Shown: piece after piece, positions 1-9,157 of the stretch | How the letters are laid out: the number at the start of each line of letters is the position of its first letter | How positions within the stretch are numbered: the first letter of the stretch is position 1 | Assembly (NCBI GenBank): GCA_965242925.1 | Contig: CBDEUM010000038.1 | Coordinates: forward strand, 315,668 to 379,667 | Reading direction: 5' to 3' | Source of the DNA: Roseibacillus sp. | Lineage (GTDB): Bacteria > Verrucomicrobiota > Verrucomicrobiia > Verrucomicrobiales > Akkermansiaceae | Length of the DNA: 64,000 nucleotides | The notes under the pieces: generated by a model | Databases searched by the model: none | Told to the model about the DNA's origin: nothing | Seen by the model: only the letters and a program-made list of their open reading frames with translations | Position numbers and translations under genes: made by a program

Positions 1-1
1 C

Positions 2-1027
2 GTCTTCTGCCCGGTAGCGGGCAGGGCCGGAACCCCGGAGGCGGCCGCTCAAATCAGGAACGAGTATGAAGCGGCGGTCCGGATCTGGGCTCAGAAACTG
101 GCGGTTGCGGATTCCCAGGCTCAACGCAATGTCTGGAAGAACCGCCCCGGGTCATCGGACTATGGTGCGCGCATGTGGATGGAACTGAAGGATTCCCTGC
201 GCACGGACTGGACCATCGAGTATTGCGTCTGGCTCCTGGAGCGCGCCCCTGTTTTTGCAGCGGAGACTGACTCGGGAGAGTCGCGGTCGCGCGCGCAGTT
301 CATCATACAGTCCCTCCAGCGTTTCCACCTCAAGAGTCCCAAGATCGGAATGCTCTGCCTGGCTTTGACCAGCCAGCCTGATCGCTCCATTCTCAAGGTG
401 ATTGAGACGGTCGAGCAAGAGAATCCACACGAGGAGGTCCAGGGTCAGGCGTCCCTCGCGATCGCGATGCTCCTGAAGGGGCTGGGTGATGATGCGGTAA
501 TCCTGGAGCGGCGGATTCGCAATCTGCGACGGGCCATCATCAAGGCCCATGAGGTGAAGGTGGGGGATACCACCGTCTCCAAGTTGGCCATGGATGAGAT
601 TTTCGTGATTCAGAACCTGGTCAAGGGGAGGACTGCTCCCGATGCCATCGGGCGGGACTCGGCAGGGGAGCCCTTCAAGTTGAGCATTTTAAAGGGCAAG
701 GTGACTGTGCTGGCTTTCTGGCATACCAGTATGCGCGACGCTGAGCGGGGTCTGGGCCTTTTACGTAAGCTGCATGAGCAGCACGGAAAGCGTGGGATGA
801 ATCTGATCGGGGTGACCTCCGACTCCCGGGAGGTGCTGCGTAGTCTGCGAGCCAACGGGACCATCCCTTGGCGGAATCTTTCCGATGTAGACGGGCGGAT
901 CCACTCTCAGTATCGGGTGAGAGATCTTCCCCTGGTTTACGTCCTGGATGCCCAGCGGAAGATCCGCTACATCGGCGGCCCCGGGTCTTTCGTAGATCTG
1001 ACGGTAGAAGGAATGCTCGCCGAGTAG
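2..1027 (+). CDS. TlpA/redoxin-like thioredoxin-fold protein with helical N-terminal region, 5'-truncated by the window; lacks CxxC
   Basis: Frame is open from base 2 (VFCPVAGRAG...GARMWMELK). The C-terminus GRTAPDAIGRDSAGEPFKLSILKGKVTVLAFW...YRVRDLPLVYVLDAQRKIRY is the TlpA/AhpC-TSA pattern, but FWHTSMRDA replaces FWATWCxxC. Confidence 0.75.
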   Translation, partial: VFCPVAGRAGTPEAAAQIRNEYEAAVRIWAQKLAVADSQAQRNVWKNRPGSSDYGARMWMELKDSLRTDWTIEYCVWLLERAPVFAAETDSGESRSRAQFIIQSLQRFHLKSPKIGMLCLALTSQPDRSILKVIETVEQENPHEEVQGQASLAIAMLLKGLGDDAVILERRIRNLRRAIIKAHEVKVGDTTVSKLAMDEIFVIQNLVKGRTAPDAIGRDSAGEPFKLSILKGKVTVLAFWHTSMRDAERGLGLLRKLHEQHGKRGMNLIGVTSDSREVLRSLRANGTIPWRNLSDVDGRIHSQYRVRDLPLVYVLDAQRKIRYIGGPGSFVDLTVEGMLAE

Positions 1028-1039
1028 AGGGCGGGTTCT

Positions 1040-2326
1040 TCAGGACTGGCAGGGAGATTTACCCGGCTCTGGTTCCTGTTCGCGGGTAGCGGGATCCCAG
1101 ATATAGCGGGTAAAGAGAACCTTCACAGAGGCCGTGAGAGGGATCGCGAGGAGGGCGCCCAGGAATCCGCCCAGGACAAGGGACCAGAAGAAGATCGAGA
1201 AGATGATGGTCATGGGGTGGAGCCCCACCTTGTCTCCGATGATCTTGGGTTGGACAAAGAGTCCATCGATTTGCTGGACCACGAAGAAGATGGCGAAGAC
1301 CAGGGCTGGGTGCTGCCAGTCGCCATACGTGGCCACCGCGATGATCATGGCCGGAATGAGGGTCACCAGGAATCCGATGAAGGGCATCACTCCCAGGATG
1401 GCGAGGGCAAGGCCAATCACAAAGGCGTAGGGGAGCCCGATCATCCAGAGAAGGAGACCGGTGAGGAGGCCGTCGATGATGCTGACAAGGACCTGGCCAC
1501 GGAAGAAGGCGATGAGGTATCCGTTCATCTCGCCGAGGGTTGCGACGACTTCGCGCTTCAGGTTGGATTCACGCAGGGGTACGAAGTGGCTCCAGCGGCT
1601 CTGAATGATGGCGGCCTCCTTCAAAAAGAAGAAGAGGTAGACCGGGACGAGGAGAAATCCGAGGGCGTAGCCGATGAAACCAAAGACCTTGCCGGCTCCG
1701 CCTTCAAGCCAGTTGAGCCCTGTGGTCAGGAGATCCTCGAGATTTTCGGTGGCCCAGTGCCAGCCCTTGCTTTTTCTGAGATCAAATTCGCCGGCATCCT
1801 GGCCTGGAATCCACTTGGGAAAATTCTCGAGCCAGTCGTCATAGTTTGCGAGTTGCTTCTCTTGTGAGGGATCGGCTGAAGATGTGGCGGGCTCTTCTCC
1901 TGTTTCATGTTCGGCCAGAGCCTGATTGGCCAGGGGGCGTAACCAGGGTGTGGTGCGGATATGCTGGACCAGATTGCTGGCCAACTGCTCCCGCTTTTCG
2001 AACAGTTCCCCGGCCTGAGAGGCGATCTTGGGGCTTATTACCAGGAGCGTGGATCCCAGGAGGATGGCGGAACCGGCAAAAACGGATAGGATGGCCCGCA
2101 GGCGAGACAGGCCCTTTTCCTCCAGTTTCACCACCAGAGGATTGAGGAGATAGGCGAGGATGCCGGCTACCGCCAGGGGAACGAGAACCGGTTGAAGATA
2201 GGTGAGAGTTCTACCGATGAGAATGACGAGGCCCACGAGGAGGGCTCCAATCACCGCGATGGCAATGCCAGTCAGGGCAATCCAGAGAGCGCGGCGCTGA
2301 AAGTCGGTTGGGAACTGGTGGAGCAC
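1040..2326 (-). CDS. AI-2E family (PerM/UPF0118) transporter
   Basis: Multi-TM protein with AGILAYLLNPLV, FFRGQVLVSIIDG and QQIDGLFVQPKIIGDKVGLHP...GALLAIPLTA motifs. Confidence 0.9.
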   Translation of the reverse strand: MLHQFPTDFQRRALWIALTGIAIAVIGALLVGLVILIGRTLTYLQPVLVPLAVAGILAYLLNPLVVKLEEKGLSRLRAILSVFAGSAILLGSTLLVISPKIASQAGELFEKREQLASNLVQHIRTTPWLRPLANQALAEHETGEEPATSSADPSQEKQLANYDDWLENFPKWIPGQDAGEFDLRKSKGWHWATENLEDLLTTGLNWLEGGAGKVFGFIGYALGFLLVPVYLFFFLKEAAIIQSRWSHFVPLRESNLKREVVATLGEMNGYLIAFFRGQVLVSIIDGLLTGLLLWMIGLPYAFVIGLALAILGVMPFIGFLVTLIPAMIIAVATYGDWQHPALVFAIFFVVQQIDGLFVQPKIIGDKVGLHPMTIIFSIFFWSLVLGGFLGALLAIPLTASVKVLFTRYIWDPATREQEPEPGKSPCQS

Positions 2327-2551
2327 AGGCAGTTCAAAGAATTAGCAATCCGGGGAACAGGGGGCGATGAGAAAGTCGGGAAAGGCTGGGGGTCAGTCCG
2401 ACAGGAGGAACCGTTCAGGGTATGACCGTTCCTTCATCCGCCGTTCGGAGTATTTGAGGGGAAAGGATCCTGTGTGGAGCTATTCAAGGGCCGCAGAATT
2501 CAAATCACACGAACCGGGAAGATCGGGAATGTCTGGCGGATGACCTAGTTG

Positions 2552-3427
2552 CTATCCGTTTCTGGTCACGCGGTCGAGCACGCCATTAACGAAGCCGGGA
2601 GATTCAGTGGTGCCGAAAGCACGGGCGAGTTCGATGGCCTCGTTGATGGCTACAGCGGTCGGAACTTCGTCGTCGAAAAGGAGTTCGTATGTGCCGAGTC
2701 GGAGGATGGACCGGTCGACCCTGTCCAGTCGCTCAGGGGAGTAGTTGTCTACCACCGCGGCCAGTTTCCGGTCGATGTCAGCGAGATGTCGGTGCAGATC
2801 ATGATAGTAGGATTCGATGCGCGAGGTGGTGTGAGCAAGATCCGTCTCGGCCCGCGCCACGGATTTCAATTCGGGCAGCGTCGTGAGGTCGTCGCCGAGG
2901 GCAAGGGAGAGGCGTTCACTCACGGGTACGATCTGTTCTCGCAGAACCAGAGCTTCGTCGTGCAGTTGCTGGAGGGCGGGGAAGTGTGGATTGGTGGCGC
3001 TCACCCGGGTTGCCGCGGAGAGAGCAGCGCGATTGCTCCGTTTAGCGCCTTCCATACTCTCCCGGAGGCGGGTGACATCCTTGTTGCCTTTGAGTTCGTG
3101 ACGCAGGCCATGGAGGAAGGTGCGGAGGTTTTCCTCCTCCTCGCTCCAGGATTTGAGGTCCCTGTTCATCTCGTCGGCCCCATCGGCGGGATCGAGTTCT
3201 TCGAGGGTGAGCAGGAGAGGGGAAAGACCGGCGATGATCTTCTCCCGGCCTTGCTGGAGATGCACTATGGCCCTTGCGCGAGCTCTCGTGGACCTGTCCC
3301 GGGTCGACTCCAGGAGCAGCGACAGGATGGCGGGATCCGGCGCATCCGGGAGTTCATCTGCGGGGCCCAAGGCATAGAGGAACTGCACAACCGCCTCGCG
3401 TATACGGCGACGGGAAGTGTCAGGCAT
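2552..3427 (-). CDS. nusB: Transcription antitermination factor NusB with a large internal insertion (291 aa)
   Basis: N-terminal [14 protein letters not shown]-terminal [18 protein letters not shown]...[14 protein letters not shown]...FVNGVLD. Lies directly after ribH, and the ATG at 3427 overlaps the ribH stop. Confidence 0.9.
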   Translation of the reverse strand: MPDTSRRRIREAVVQFLYALGPADELPDAPDPAILSLLLESTRDRSTRARARAIVHLQQGREKIIAGLSPLLLTLEELDPADGADEMNRDLKSWSEEEENLRTFLHGLRHELKGNKDVTRLRESMEGAKRSNRAALSAATRVSATNPHFPALQQLHDEALVLREQIVPVSERLSLALGDDLTTLPELKSVARAETDLAHTTSRIESYYHDLHRHLADIDRKLAAVVDNYSPERLDRVDRSILRLGTYELLFDDEVPTAVAINEAIELARAFGTTESPGFVNGVLDRVTRNG

Positions 3428-3929
3428 CTTTTGGCTGGGTGCGAAGCGATCCTCCGCGGTCAAGTTCGGAGAAGATCTCCACCATGGAGGTGGCAGCACG
3501 AGCGGCTTCGATTCCGCGGTTTAGTTCGTCACCCAGACAACGGACGTGGGCCTGCGCTTCGTCCGCCACCAGAAGCACTTCATTGATGACCGGGGTAGTG
3601 TAATCGAGGGAGAGTTGCTGGAGGGCATCGATAACGCTGCGGGCTACCAGATCGGCGTGGGCGGTTTCGCCTTGGATGATGACTCCGAGGGCAATCGCAC
3701 AAATCGGTTGTTCAAGTTCGAGTAGAGACTTGATGACAACCGGGATCTCAAAGGCACCGGGCACCCGGATCAGGTCGACCCGGGCCTGTGGCAGGAGCTC
3801 GCTCAGTTCCTCGATCGCGTTATCAACGAGTCCGTCGCTGTAAACCTCGTTGTACTTCGAGGCCACGATGGCGAGTTTGTTGTGCTTGGCATTGAAGATG
3901 CGAGGCTTCCGGGAGATTTCTAGAGACAT
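3420..3929 (-). CDS. ribH: 6,7-dimethyl-8-ribityllumazine synthase
   Basis: [21 protein letters not shown] and [10 protein letters not shown] motifs; lies between ribBA and nusB. Confidence 0.95.
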   Translation of the reverse strand: MSLEISRKPRIFNAKHNKLAIVASKYNEVYSDGLVDNAIEELSELLPQARVDLIRVPGAFEIPVVIKSLLELEQPICAIALGVIIQGETAHADLVARSVIDALQQLSLDYTTPVINEVLLVADEAQAHVRCLGDELNRGIEAARAATSMVEIFSELDRGGSLRTQPKDA

Positions 3930-4058
3930 GACGAATGAACCTTAGGATCTAAGAGATGGATGCTGAATCGAAAATTCAGGGAATTGTAGTGCGGCTTCCT
4001 GGGGGGTGACACGTGACGATTTCGTCACAGGCCTCGCTGCTCTCATGGAGGGCCTTTC

Positions 4059-5258
4059 CTACAGGCGATGGCCGAGTTTGTCGCGTTTCGTTTCGAGGTA
4101 GCGGCGGTTGTCGGGATTGGGCTCGGAGCGGATCAGCACCTGATCGACGATTTCCAGTCCGTATCCCTCTAAACCCACCACTTTCTTCGGATTATTAGTG
4201 AGCAGGCGGATCTTGCGGACACCGAGGTCGTGGAGAATCTGGGCCCCCATTCCGTAGTGCCGAAGGTCGGACGGGAACCCCAGTCTTTCGTTAGCCTCCA
4301 CCGTATCAAGGCCTTTCTCCTGGAGCTTGTATGCGTGAATTTTTGCGGCAAGGCCGATGCCGCGGCCCTCCTGGCGGAGGTAAAGGAGCACGCCCCCGTT
4401 CTCAGCGATGCGTTCCATGGCGGCGTGGAGCTGGCTACCACAGTCGCACCGGCGGGAGGAGAAAACGTCTCCGGTGAGGCACTCGGAGTGAACCCGCACG
4501 AGTGTTGGCTGCTCGGGGTCGATCTGGCCCCGGGTGAGCGCCAGGTGGTGTGAGTCGTCGGTGTGCTCCCGATAAAGGTGGCAATCGAACGCTCCGTATT
4601 CGGTGGGAAGGTCGATGGTCTCCTCGCATGCCACCAGACGTTCCGTCCGGCGTCGGTATTCAATAATCTGGGCAATCGTGCAGGCCTTCAGCCCGTGTGT
4701 CTGCTGGTAGTCGCCGAGATCGCCGACCCGAGCCATGGTGCCGTCTTCATGCATGATCTCGCAGAGCATTCCGACTCCGGGAAGGTTGGCCATAAGGGCA
4801 AGGTCAACTGCTGCTTCAGTGTGTCCGGCCCGGCGCAGCACTCCATCGTCGGCTGCCTGCAGGGGAAAGACGTGGCCTGGCTGCACGAGACTGTCCGCGC
4901 CCGCGTCCTCATTGGCCAAAAGGCCGATAGTCCGTGATCGATCGGCTGCTGAGATTCCGGTGGTGATTCCGTCCGCAGCATCTACTGAAACGGTGAATGC
5001 CGTGCGGTGTCCTTCCCTGTTCCGCCGTGACATGGGAGGCAGGTTAAGGGCTTCCACCCTTGCCCGGGTGACAGGTGCGCAGATCAATCCGCGTCCGTGA
5101 GTGGCCATGAAGGCGATCGTTTCAGGAGTGGTGCGGGAGGCTGCCCCTATGAGGTCTGCTTCGTTCTCCCGGGCGGGATCGTCGGCCACGATGACGAGTT
5201 TGCCGCCGGCGATATCGTCGACAATTTGGTCGATAGAACTGAAGGTCAGGGCCGACAC
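4059..5258 (-). CDS. ribBA: Bifunctional DHBP synthase / GTP cyclohydrolase II
   Basis: RENEADL, AFTVSVDA, TTGISAADR and RAGHTEAAVDL (RibB) followed by VRVHSECLTGD, CDCGSQL and QEGRGIGL (RibA). GTG start. Confidence 0.97.
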   Translation of the reverse strand: MSALTFSSIDQIVDDIAGGKLVIVADDPARENEADLIGAASRTTPETIAFMATHGRGLICAPVTRARVEALNLPPMSRRNREGHRTAFTVSVDAADGITTGISAADRSRTIGLLANEDAGADSLVQPGHVFPLQAADDGVLRRAGHTEAAVDLALMANLPGVGMLCEIMHEDGTMARVGDLGDYQQTHGLKACTIAQIIEYRRRTERLVACEETIDLPTEYGAFDCHLYREHTDDSHHLALTRGQIDPEQPTLVRVHSECLTGDVFSSRRCDCGSQLHAAMERIAENGGVLLYLRQEGRGIGLAAKIHAYKLQEKGLDTVEANERLGFPSDLRHYGMGAQILHDLGVRKIRLLTNNPKKVVGLEGYGLEIVDQVLIRSEPNPDNRRYLETKRDKLGHRL

Positions 5259-5485
5259 GGGCTGGTGCGAGGGGGTTGGCGGTCTAAGTGGGGCGGATGC
5301 TCGGTGAAGATGTAGTTCAGATTCGAGGAAAGAAAAGCACCAGTAGGGTTCAATCCTTTCGATGGGGGCCGTGTTCTCAAAGGCTTGGGGGTGTTTTTTG
5401 TCAGGTCTGCGGGTAGCAATTTCATAAAGGACGCAAGGTCAGTGTGTTGGAGGATAAAGTGGTCTCCATTTGAATAGGCTTGCTA

Positions 5486-5502
5486 TTGAGACTCAGTCTC
5501 GA
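5486..5502. promoter_or_regulatory. 8-1-8 inverted repeat TTGAGACT-C-AGTCTCGA, candidate metalloregulator operator
   Basis: Near-perfect palindrome (1 mismatch) in the intergenic region upstream of a metal ABC operon; resembles Fur-family boxes of the TGAGAATnATTCTCA type. Confidence 0.55.
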
Positions 5503-5572
5503 CAGGGTCTCAAAGGCTTTCATAGGTGCATCCAGCGCCATCCTTGAAAGAGCCCGAATCAATTCACCACCA

Positions 5573-5734
5573 ATGAAACCGAGCAAGCTCCAGGCGATTT
5601 TTGGCAATCTGTTCCCTGGGCCGGGGGCTGAGGTTTTGGTTGTGAAGCCAGAGGCGCAGGATAACCAGCAGCAAGGCTTTGAACTCTCATGGCCGGAACA
5701 GGGCGACAATGATGGGCCGGTTTCGGGCGCCTAA
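5573..5734 (+). CDS. Possible small protein (53 aa), MKPSKLQAIFGNLFPGPG...
   Basis: ATG-initiated ORF between the palindrome and troA, same strand as the operon; no recognisable motif. Confidence 0.3.
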   Translation: MKPSKLQAIFGNLFPGPGAEVLVVKPEAQDNQQQGFELSWPEQGDNDGPVSGA

Positions 5735-5793
5735 GAAAAAATGGCATAAGAGACCGCTAATTTCTCCCAATCTCCCCCTCAGTTACCAGATCG

Positions 5794-6780
5794 ATGAAAC
5801 GACGTCTAACGATCCTCCTCGCACTAACCGGAATCGGTTGGATTTTATCCGGATGTGGGGAAATAGAGCAGGCTACGGGAACAGGTCCGAAAGAGTATCC
5901 CTACCAGATCACGACTACGGTGGGGATGATTTCCGACATAACAAGGCACGTGGCGGGCCAGCATGCCGTGGTGGAGGGAATTGTCAGGGAGGGTGTGGAT
6001 CCGCATCTCTACGCGGCCTCCATCAATGACGTGAAGGCGTTCTACGCTGCAGACGTGATTTTTTATAACGGAATGATGCTGGAAGGGAAAATGAGTGACA
6101 TTCTGGTGCGGGTGGGACGCAACAAACCGGTCCATGCGGTGACAGAAGCCATCCAGCAAGAGGCTGGTTATGTCATCATGGATGAATCAAAACATTACGA
6201 TCCGCATGTCTGGAATGATGTAGCCGGGTGGATGAAGGCGGTGGAGGTGGTGCGGAATGTCCTGCAGGAATACGATCCTGCTCACCGGACGGATTACAGC
6301 AGAAACGCGGAGGCCTATCTCGAGAAACTGAAACAACTGGATGCATACGCAAAGGAGGTGTTAGGCTCTATCCCCGAGAAAAGGCGCGTCCTGATAACCG
6401 CCCACGACGCGTTTGGCTACATGGCTCGGGCCTACGGACTGAAAGTCCGCGGGATTCAGGGGCTCAGCACCGAGGCGGAAGCTGGTCTGCGGGATGTCGA
6501 AGTACTGGTTGAATTCCTGGTAGAACACAAGATTCCCGCTGTCTTTGTGGAGTCTTCGGTTTCCCACAAGAGCATCGAGGCCCTCATCGAAGGGGCAGGG
6601 GCCAAAGGTCACAAAGTGGAGGTGGGGGGACAGCTCTTCTCGGATTCCATGGGAAGATCCGGAACCCCTGAGGGGACCTACATCGGGATGGTCGATCATA
6701 ATGTGACCACTATCGCGAGGGCGCTGGGGGGTAGCGTTCCGAAAGGGGGATTCCAAGCCTGGGTGAAGAACAGACAATGA
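5794..6780 (+). CDS. troA: Mn/Zn/Fe ABC transporter substrate-binding lipoprotein (TroA/YtgA type)
   Basis: Lipobox LSGC; ligand motifs DPHLY, DPHVW, TAHDAF and LFSDSMG (His,His,His,Asp). Confidence 0.92.
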   Translation: MKRRLTILLALTGIGWILSGCGEIEQATGTGPKEYPYQITTTVGMISDITRHVAGQHAVVEGIVREGVDPHLYAASINDVKAFYAADVIFYNGMMLEGKMSDILVRVGRNKPVHAVTEAIQQEAGYVIMDESKHYDPHVWNDVAGWMKAVEVVRNVLQEYDPAHRTDYSRNAEAYLEKLKQLDAYAKEVLGSIPEKRRVLITAHDAFGYMARAYGLKVRGIQGLSTEAEAGLRDVEVLVEFLVEHKIPAVFVESSVSHKSIEALIEGAGAKGHKVEVGGQLFSDSMGRSGTPEGTYIGMVDHNVTTIARALGGSVPKGGFQAWVKNRQ

Positions 6781-6914
6781 AGTCTTTCGTCGACAATCGC
6801 GACGTGCCAGCCTAACTTGACCCCTGTTGCGAGGACTCCCGGGTGGCCTTTCTGAAAGGGGGCCAGTCCCGGGTGAATAACAAGCAATGAAGTCTTTCGT
6901 CGACAATCGCCACG
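6741..6914 (+). repeat. Diverged direct duplication of the troA/troB junction (110-bp offset)
   Basis: CAATGAAGTCTTTCGTCGACAATCGC is identical at 6775-6800 and 6885-6910. The upstream GAAAGGGGG...GGGTGAA.AACA context is also repeated. Confidence 0.9.
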
Positions 6915-7702
6915 CACCTGCAGACGGTCGCCCGGAACATCCGGACAACCTCCCCCTCGCGATTCACGACCTGACGGTGGCTTATCACCGCAAACCGGTC
7001 ATCTGGGATATCGAACTCAATATCCCGGAAGGGAAACTGGTGGGAGTGGTGGGTCCAAACGGAGCAGGGAAGAGCACCCTTCTCAAGGCGTGCCAGGATC
7101 TGGTTCCCAAGACCTCGGGGGAGGTGCAGATTTATGGAGCCCCTTACAAGTCGCGCCGCAGTCTTGTCGGCTACGTTCCCCAGCGGGAGAGCGTGGACTG
7201 GGATTTCCCGGTGAGTGCGTTGGATGTGGTGGCGATGGGGACCTATGGGAGACTCGGATGGTTTCGTCGTGTCGGAAAGGCCCAGAAGCGTGTTGCCATG
7301 GATGCCTTGGCGCGTGTGGGTATCGAGCATCTGGCAAGCCGACAGATCAGCCACCTTTCGGGTGGGCAGCAGCAACGGGTTTTTCTTGCGCGCGCTCTTG
7401 CGCAGGATGCCAGGATCTACTTCATGGACGAACCCTTTGCTGCCGTCGATGCTGCCACCGAGCAGGCAATCGTGACGTTGCTGAAAGAGTTGAACCAGGT
7501 GGGCAAGACCTGTCTTGTGGTGCATCACGATCTGTCCTCGGTGACTCGCTATTTCGATTGGCTTGTCCTGCTCAACATGCGGGTGGTGGCCTCGGGTCCC
7601 ACGGAGGAGGTGTTCACCCGCGAGAACCTTCAGAAAACCTATGGGGGCAAGCTCAGTTTGCTGGACGATGTCGCGGATCGTTTGCGCCATGTCAGCAGTT
7701 AA
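6887..7702 (+). CDS. troB: Metal ABC transporter ATP-binding protein
   Basis: GPNGAGKS, GYVPQR, LSGGQQQR and MDEPFAAVD motifs. Confidence 0.93.
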   Translation: MKSFVDNRHAPADGRPEHPDNLPLAIHDLTVAYHRKPVIWDIELNIPEGKLVGVVGPNGAGKSTLLKACQDLVPKTSGEVQIYGAPYKSRRSLVGYVPQRESVDWDFPVSALDVVAMGTYGRLGWFRRVGKAQKRVAMDALARVGIEHLASRQISHLSGGQQQRVFLARALAQDARIYFMDEPFAAVDAATEQAIVTLLKELNQVGKTCLVVHHDLSSVTRYFDWLVLLNMRVVASGPTEEVFTRENLQKTYGGKLSLLDDVADRLRHVSS

Positions 7703-9140
7703 GAGCGGGAGGGGATTGGTCCTGCTGATGGCTTTGGCGCTCCTTTTCCTGAGTGCCGGCTCGCTCGAGGCCCGGGAATCGGCATGGCAGGACTGGGACT
7801 ATGTCTGGAAGGTTATTACTTTGCAGTCGTACAATGCACGTCTTGTCATCCTTTCCACCTCGTTGCTTGGAATTGCCTCCGGACTGGTGGGGACCTTTCT
7901 GCTCCTCCGGAAGCGCTCCCTGATGGGGGATGCGCTCTCCCATGCCACCTACCCGGGCATCGGCATGGCCTTTCTGGTGATGTTGCTCCTGGGGGGAGAG
8001 GGGAAGTGGCTTCCAGGATTGCTTCTCGGGGCGGCCACTACCGGACTGCTCGGCGTTCTCATGGTGCTGGCCATCCGCAACACTACTCGCTTGAAGGATG
8101 ATGCTGCGATGGGGATCGTGATGGGTGTTTCCTTCGGCCTCGGGGTCGCGCTCATGAAAATGGTGAGCGATCTTCCCCAGGCTGACGCGGCCGGCCTCAG
8201 CAGTTTCATTTACGGGACGGCTGCCACCATGATCTTAGGTGACTTTCTTTTGATCCTTGTTGTGACCATAGGAGCGGCACTGGCGTCTCTCTTCCTGCTC
8301 AAGGAGTTCGCTATCCTTTGTTTTGATGAGAGCTTTGCGGCGAGTCAGGGTTGGCCTACTTTTTTCCTCGATCTGGCCATGCTCGGACTGGTGACCGCGG
8401 TTACGGTGGTGGGTCTCCAGGCAGTGGGCCTGGTGTTGATCATTGCATTCCTCATCATTCCCCCCACGGCAGCGCGTTTCTGGACGCATGATCTGCGAGG
8501 CATGCTCGGGCTGGCCGCCATGGTCGGCGGTGTGAGCGGTTGGATCGGTTCGAGTCTGAGTGCGCTTTTTGCGGATCTTCCTACCGGGGCGGTCATTGTC
8601 CTGGTTGCGGCCACGATTTTCCTTGTGAGCATGCTCTTCGGTCCGGCCCGGGGGGTGGTGCCCCGCTCATGGCGTCAGGCCCGGTTGCGGCGCAAGGTCG
8701 GGCGGCAACACCTCATGCGGGCGGCATACGAAATACTGGAGGGGCAGCAACCCGATGTAGCTGAGCCTATCCGCAATCTCCCCATTGCGCTCGATTCCCT
8801 CCTGACCCATCGGTCCTGGTCGGCACAGCAGATCAACCGTCTCCTGCGCACCGCTCGGACCGAAGATCATCTGGAGGAGGCGGAGCCAGGGCAGGTGCGG
8901 CTCTCTGAGGCTGGCTTCGGCGAAGCGGCCCGGGTCACCCGCAATCACCGCCTCTGGGAGCTTTACCTTATCCACTATGCTGACATTGCGCCCTCCCACG
9001 TTGATCGCGATGCCGATCTGGTGGAGCATGTCCTTGACGCCGAGGTCGTGAATCAACTCGAATCCGAGCTGCAGGACCGGCCCTCCAGCCTGGAAGTGCC
9101 GCCCAGTCCCCACTTCATTGATCAACGTGCAGAGTCGTAA
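7689..9140 (+). CDS. Metal ABC permease (ABC-3) fused to a C-terminal DtxR/MntR-like domain (YtgCR-like)
   Basis: LLRKRSLMGDALSHA and DAAMGIV permease motifs; C-terminal VRLSEAGFGEAARVTRNHRLWELYL...DADLVEHVL matches the DtxR metal-binding/dimerisation region. Start chosen at ATG 7689. Confidence 0.9.
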   Translation: MSAVKSGRGLVLLMALALLFLSAGSLEARESAWQDWDYVWKVITLQSYNARLVILSTSLLGIASGLVGTFLLLRKRSLMGDALSHATYPGIGMAFLVMLLLGGEGKWLPGLLLGAATTGLLGVLMVLAIRNTTRLKDDAAMGIVMGVSFGLGVALMKMVSDLPQADAAGLSSFIYGTAATMILGDFLLILVVTIGAALASLFLLKEFAILCFDESFAASQGWPTFFLDLAMLGLVTAVTVVGLQAVGLVLIIAFLIIPPTAARFWTHDLRGMLGLAAMVGGVSGWIGSSLSALFADLPTGAVIVLVAATIFLVSMLFGPARGVVPRSWRQARLRRKVGRQHLMRAAYEILEGQQPDVAEPIRNLPIALDSLLTHRSWSAQQINRLLRTARTEDHLEEAEPGQVRLSEAGFGEAARVTRNHRLWELYLIHYADIAPSHVDRDADLVEHVLDAEVVNQLESELQDRPSSLEVPPSPHFIDQRAES

Positions 9141-9157
9141 GAATTTCATCGGAAGAC

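Noticed and set aside
2549..3586. Long antisense ORFs (e.g. 2549-3586 +, 23017-23961 +, 25258-26568 +, 29068-30141 -, 59684-60796 -)
   Set aside because: Shadow ORFs opposite well-supported genes, expected in high-GC codon-biased DNA; no protein motifs.
5259..5480. FMN riboswitch upstream of ribBA
   Set aside because: The conserved RFN sequence blocks are not recognisable on the minus strand.
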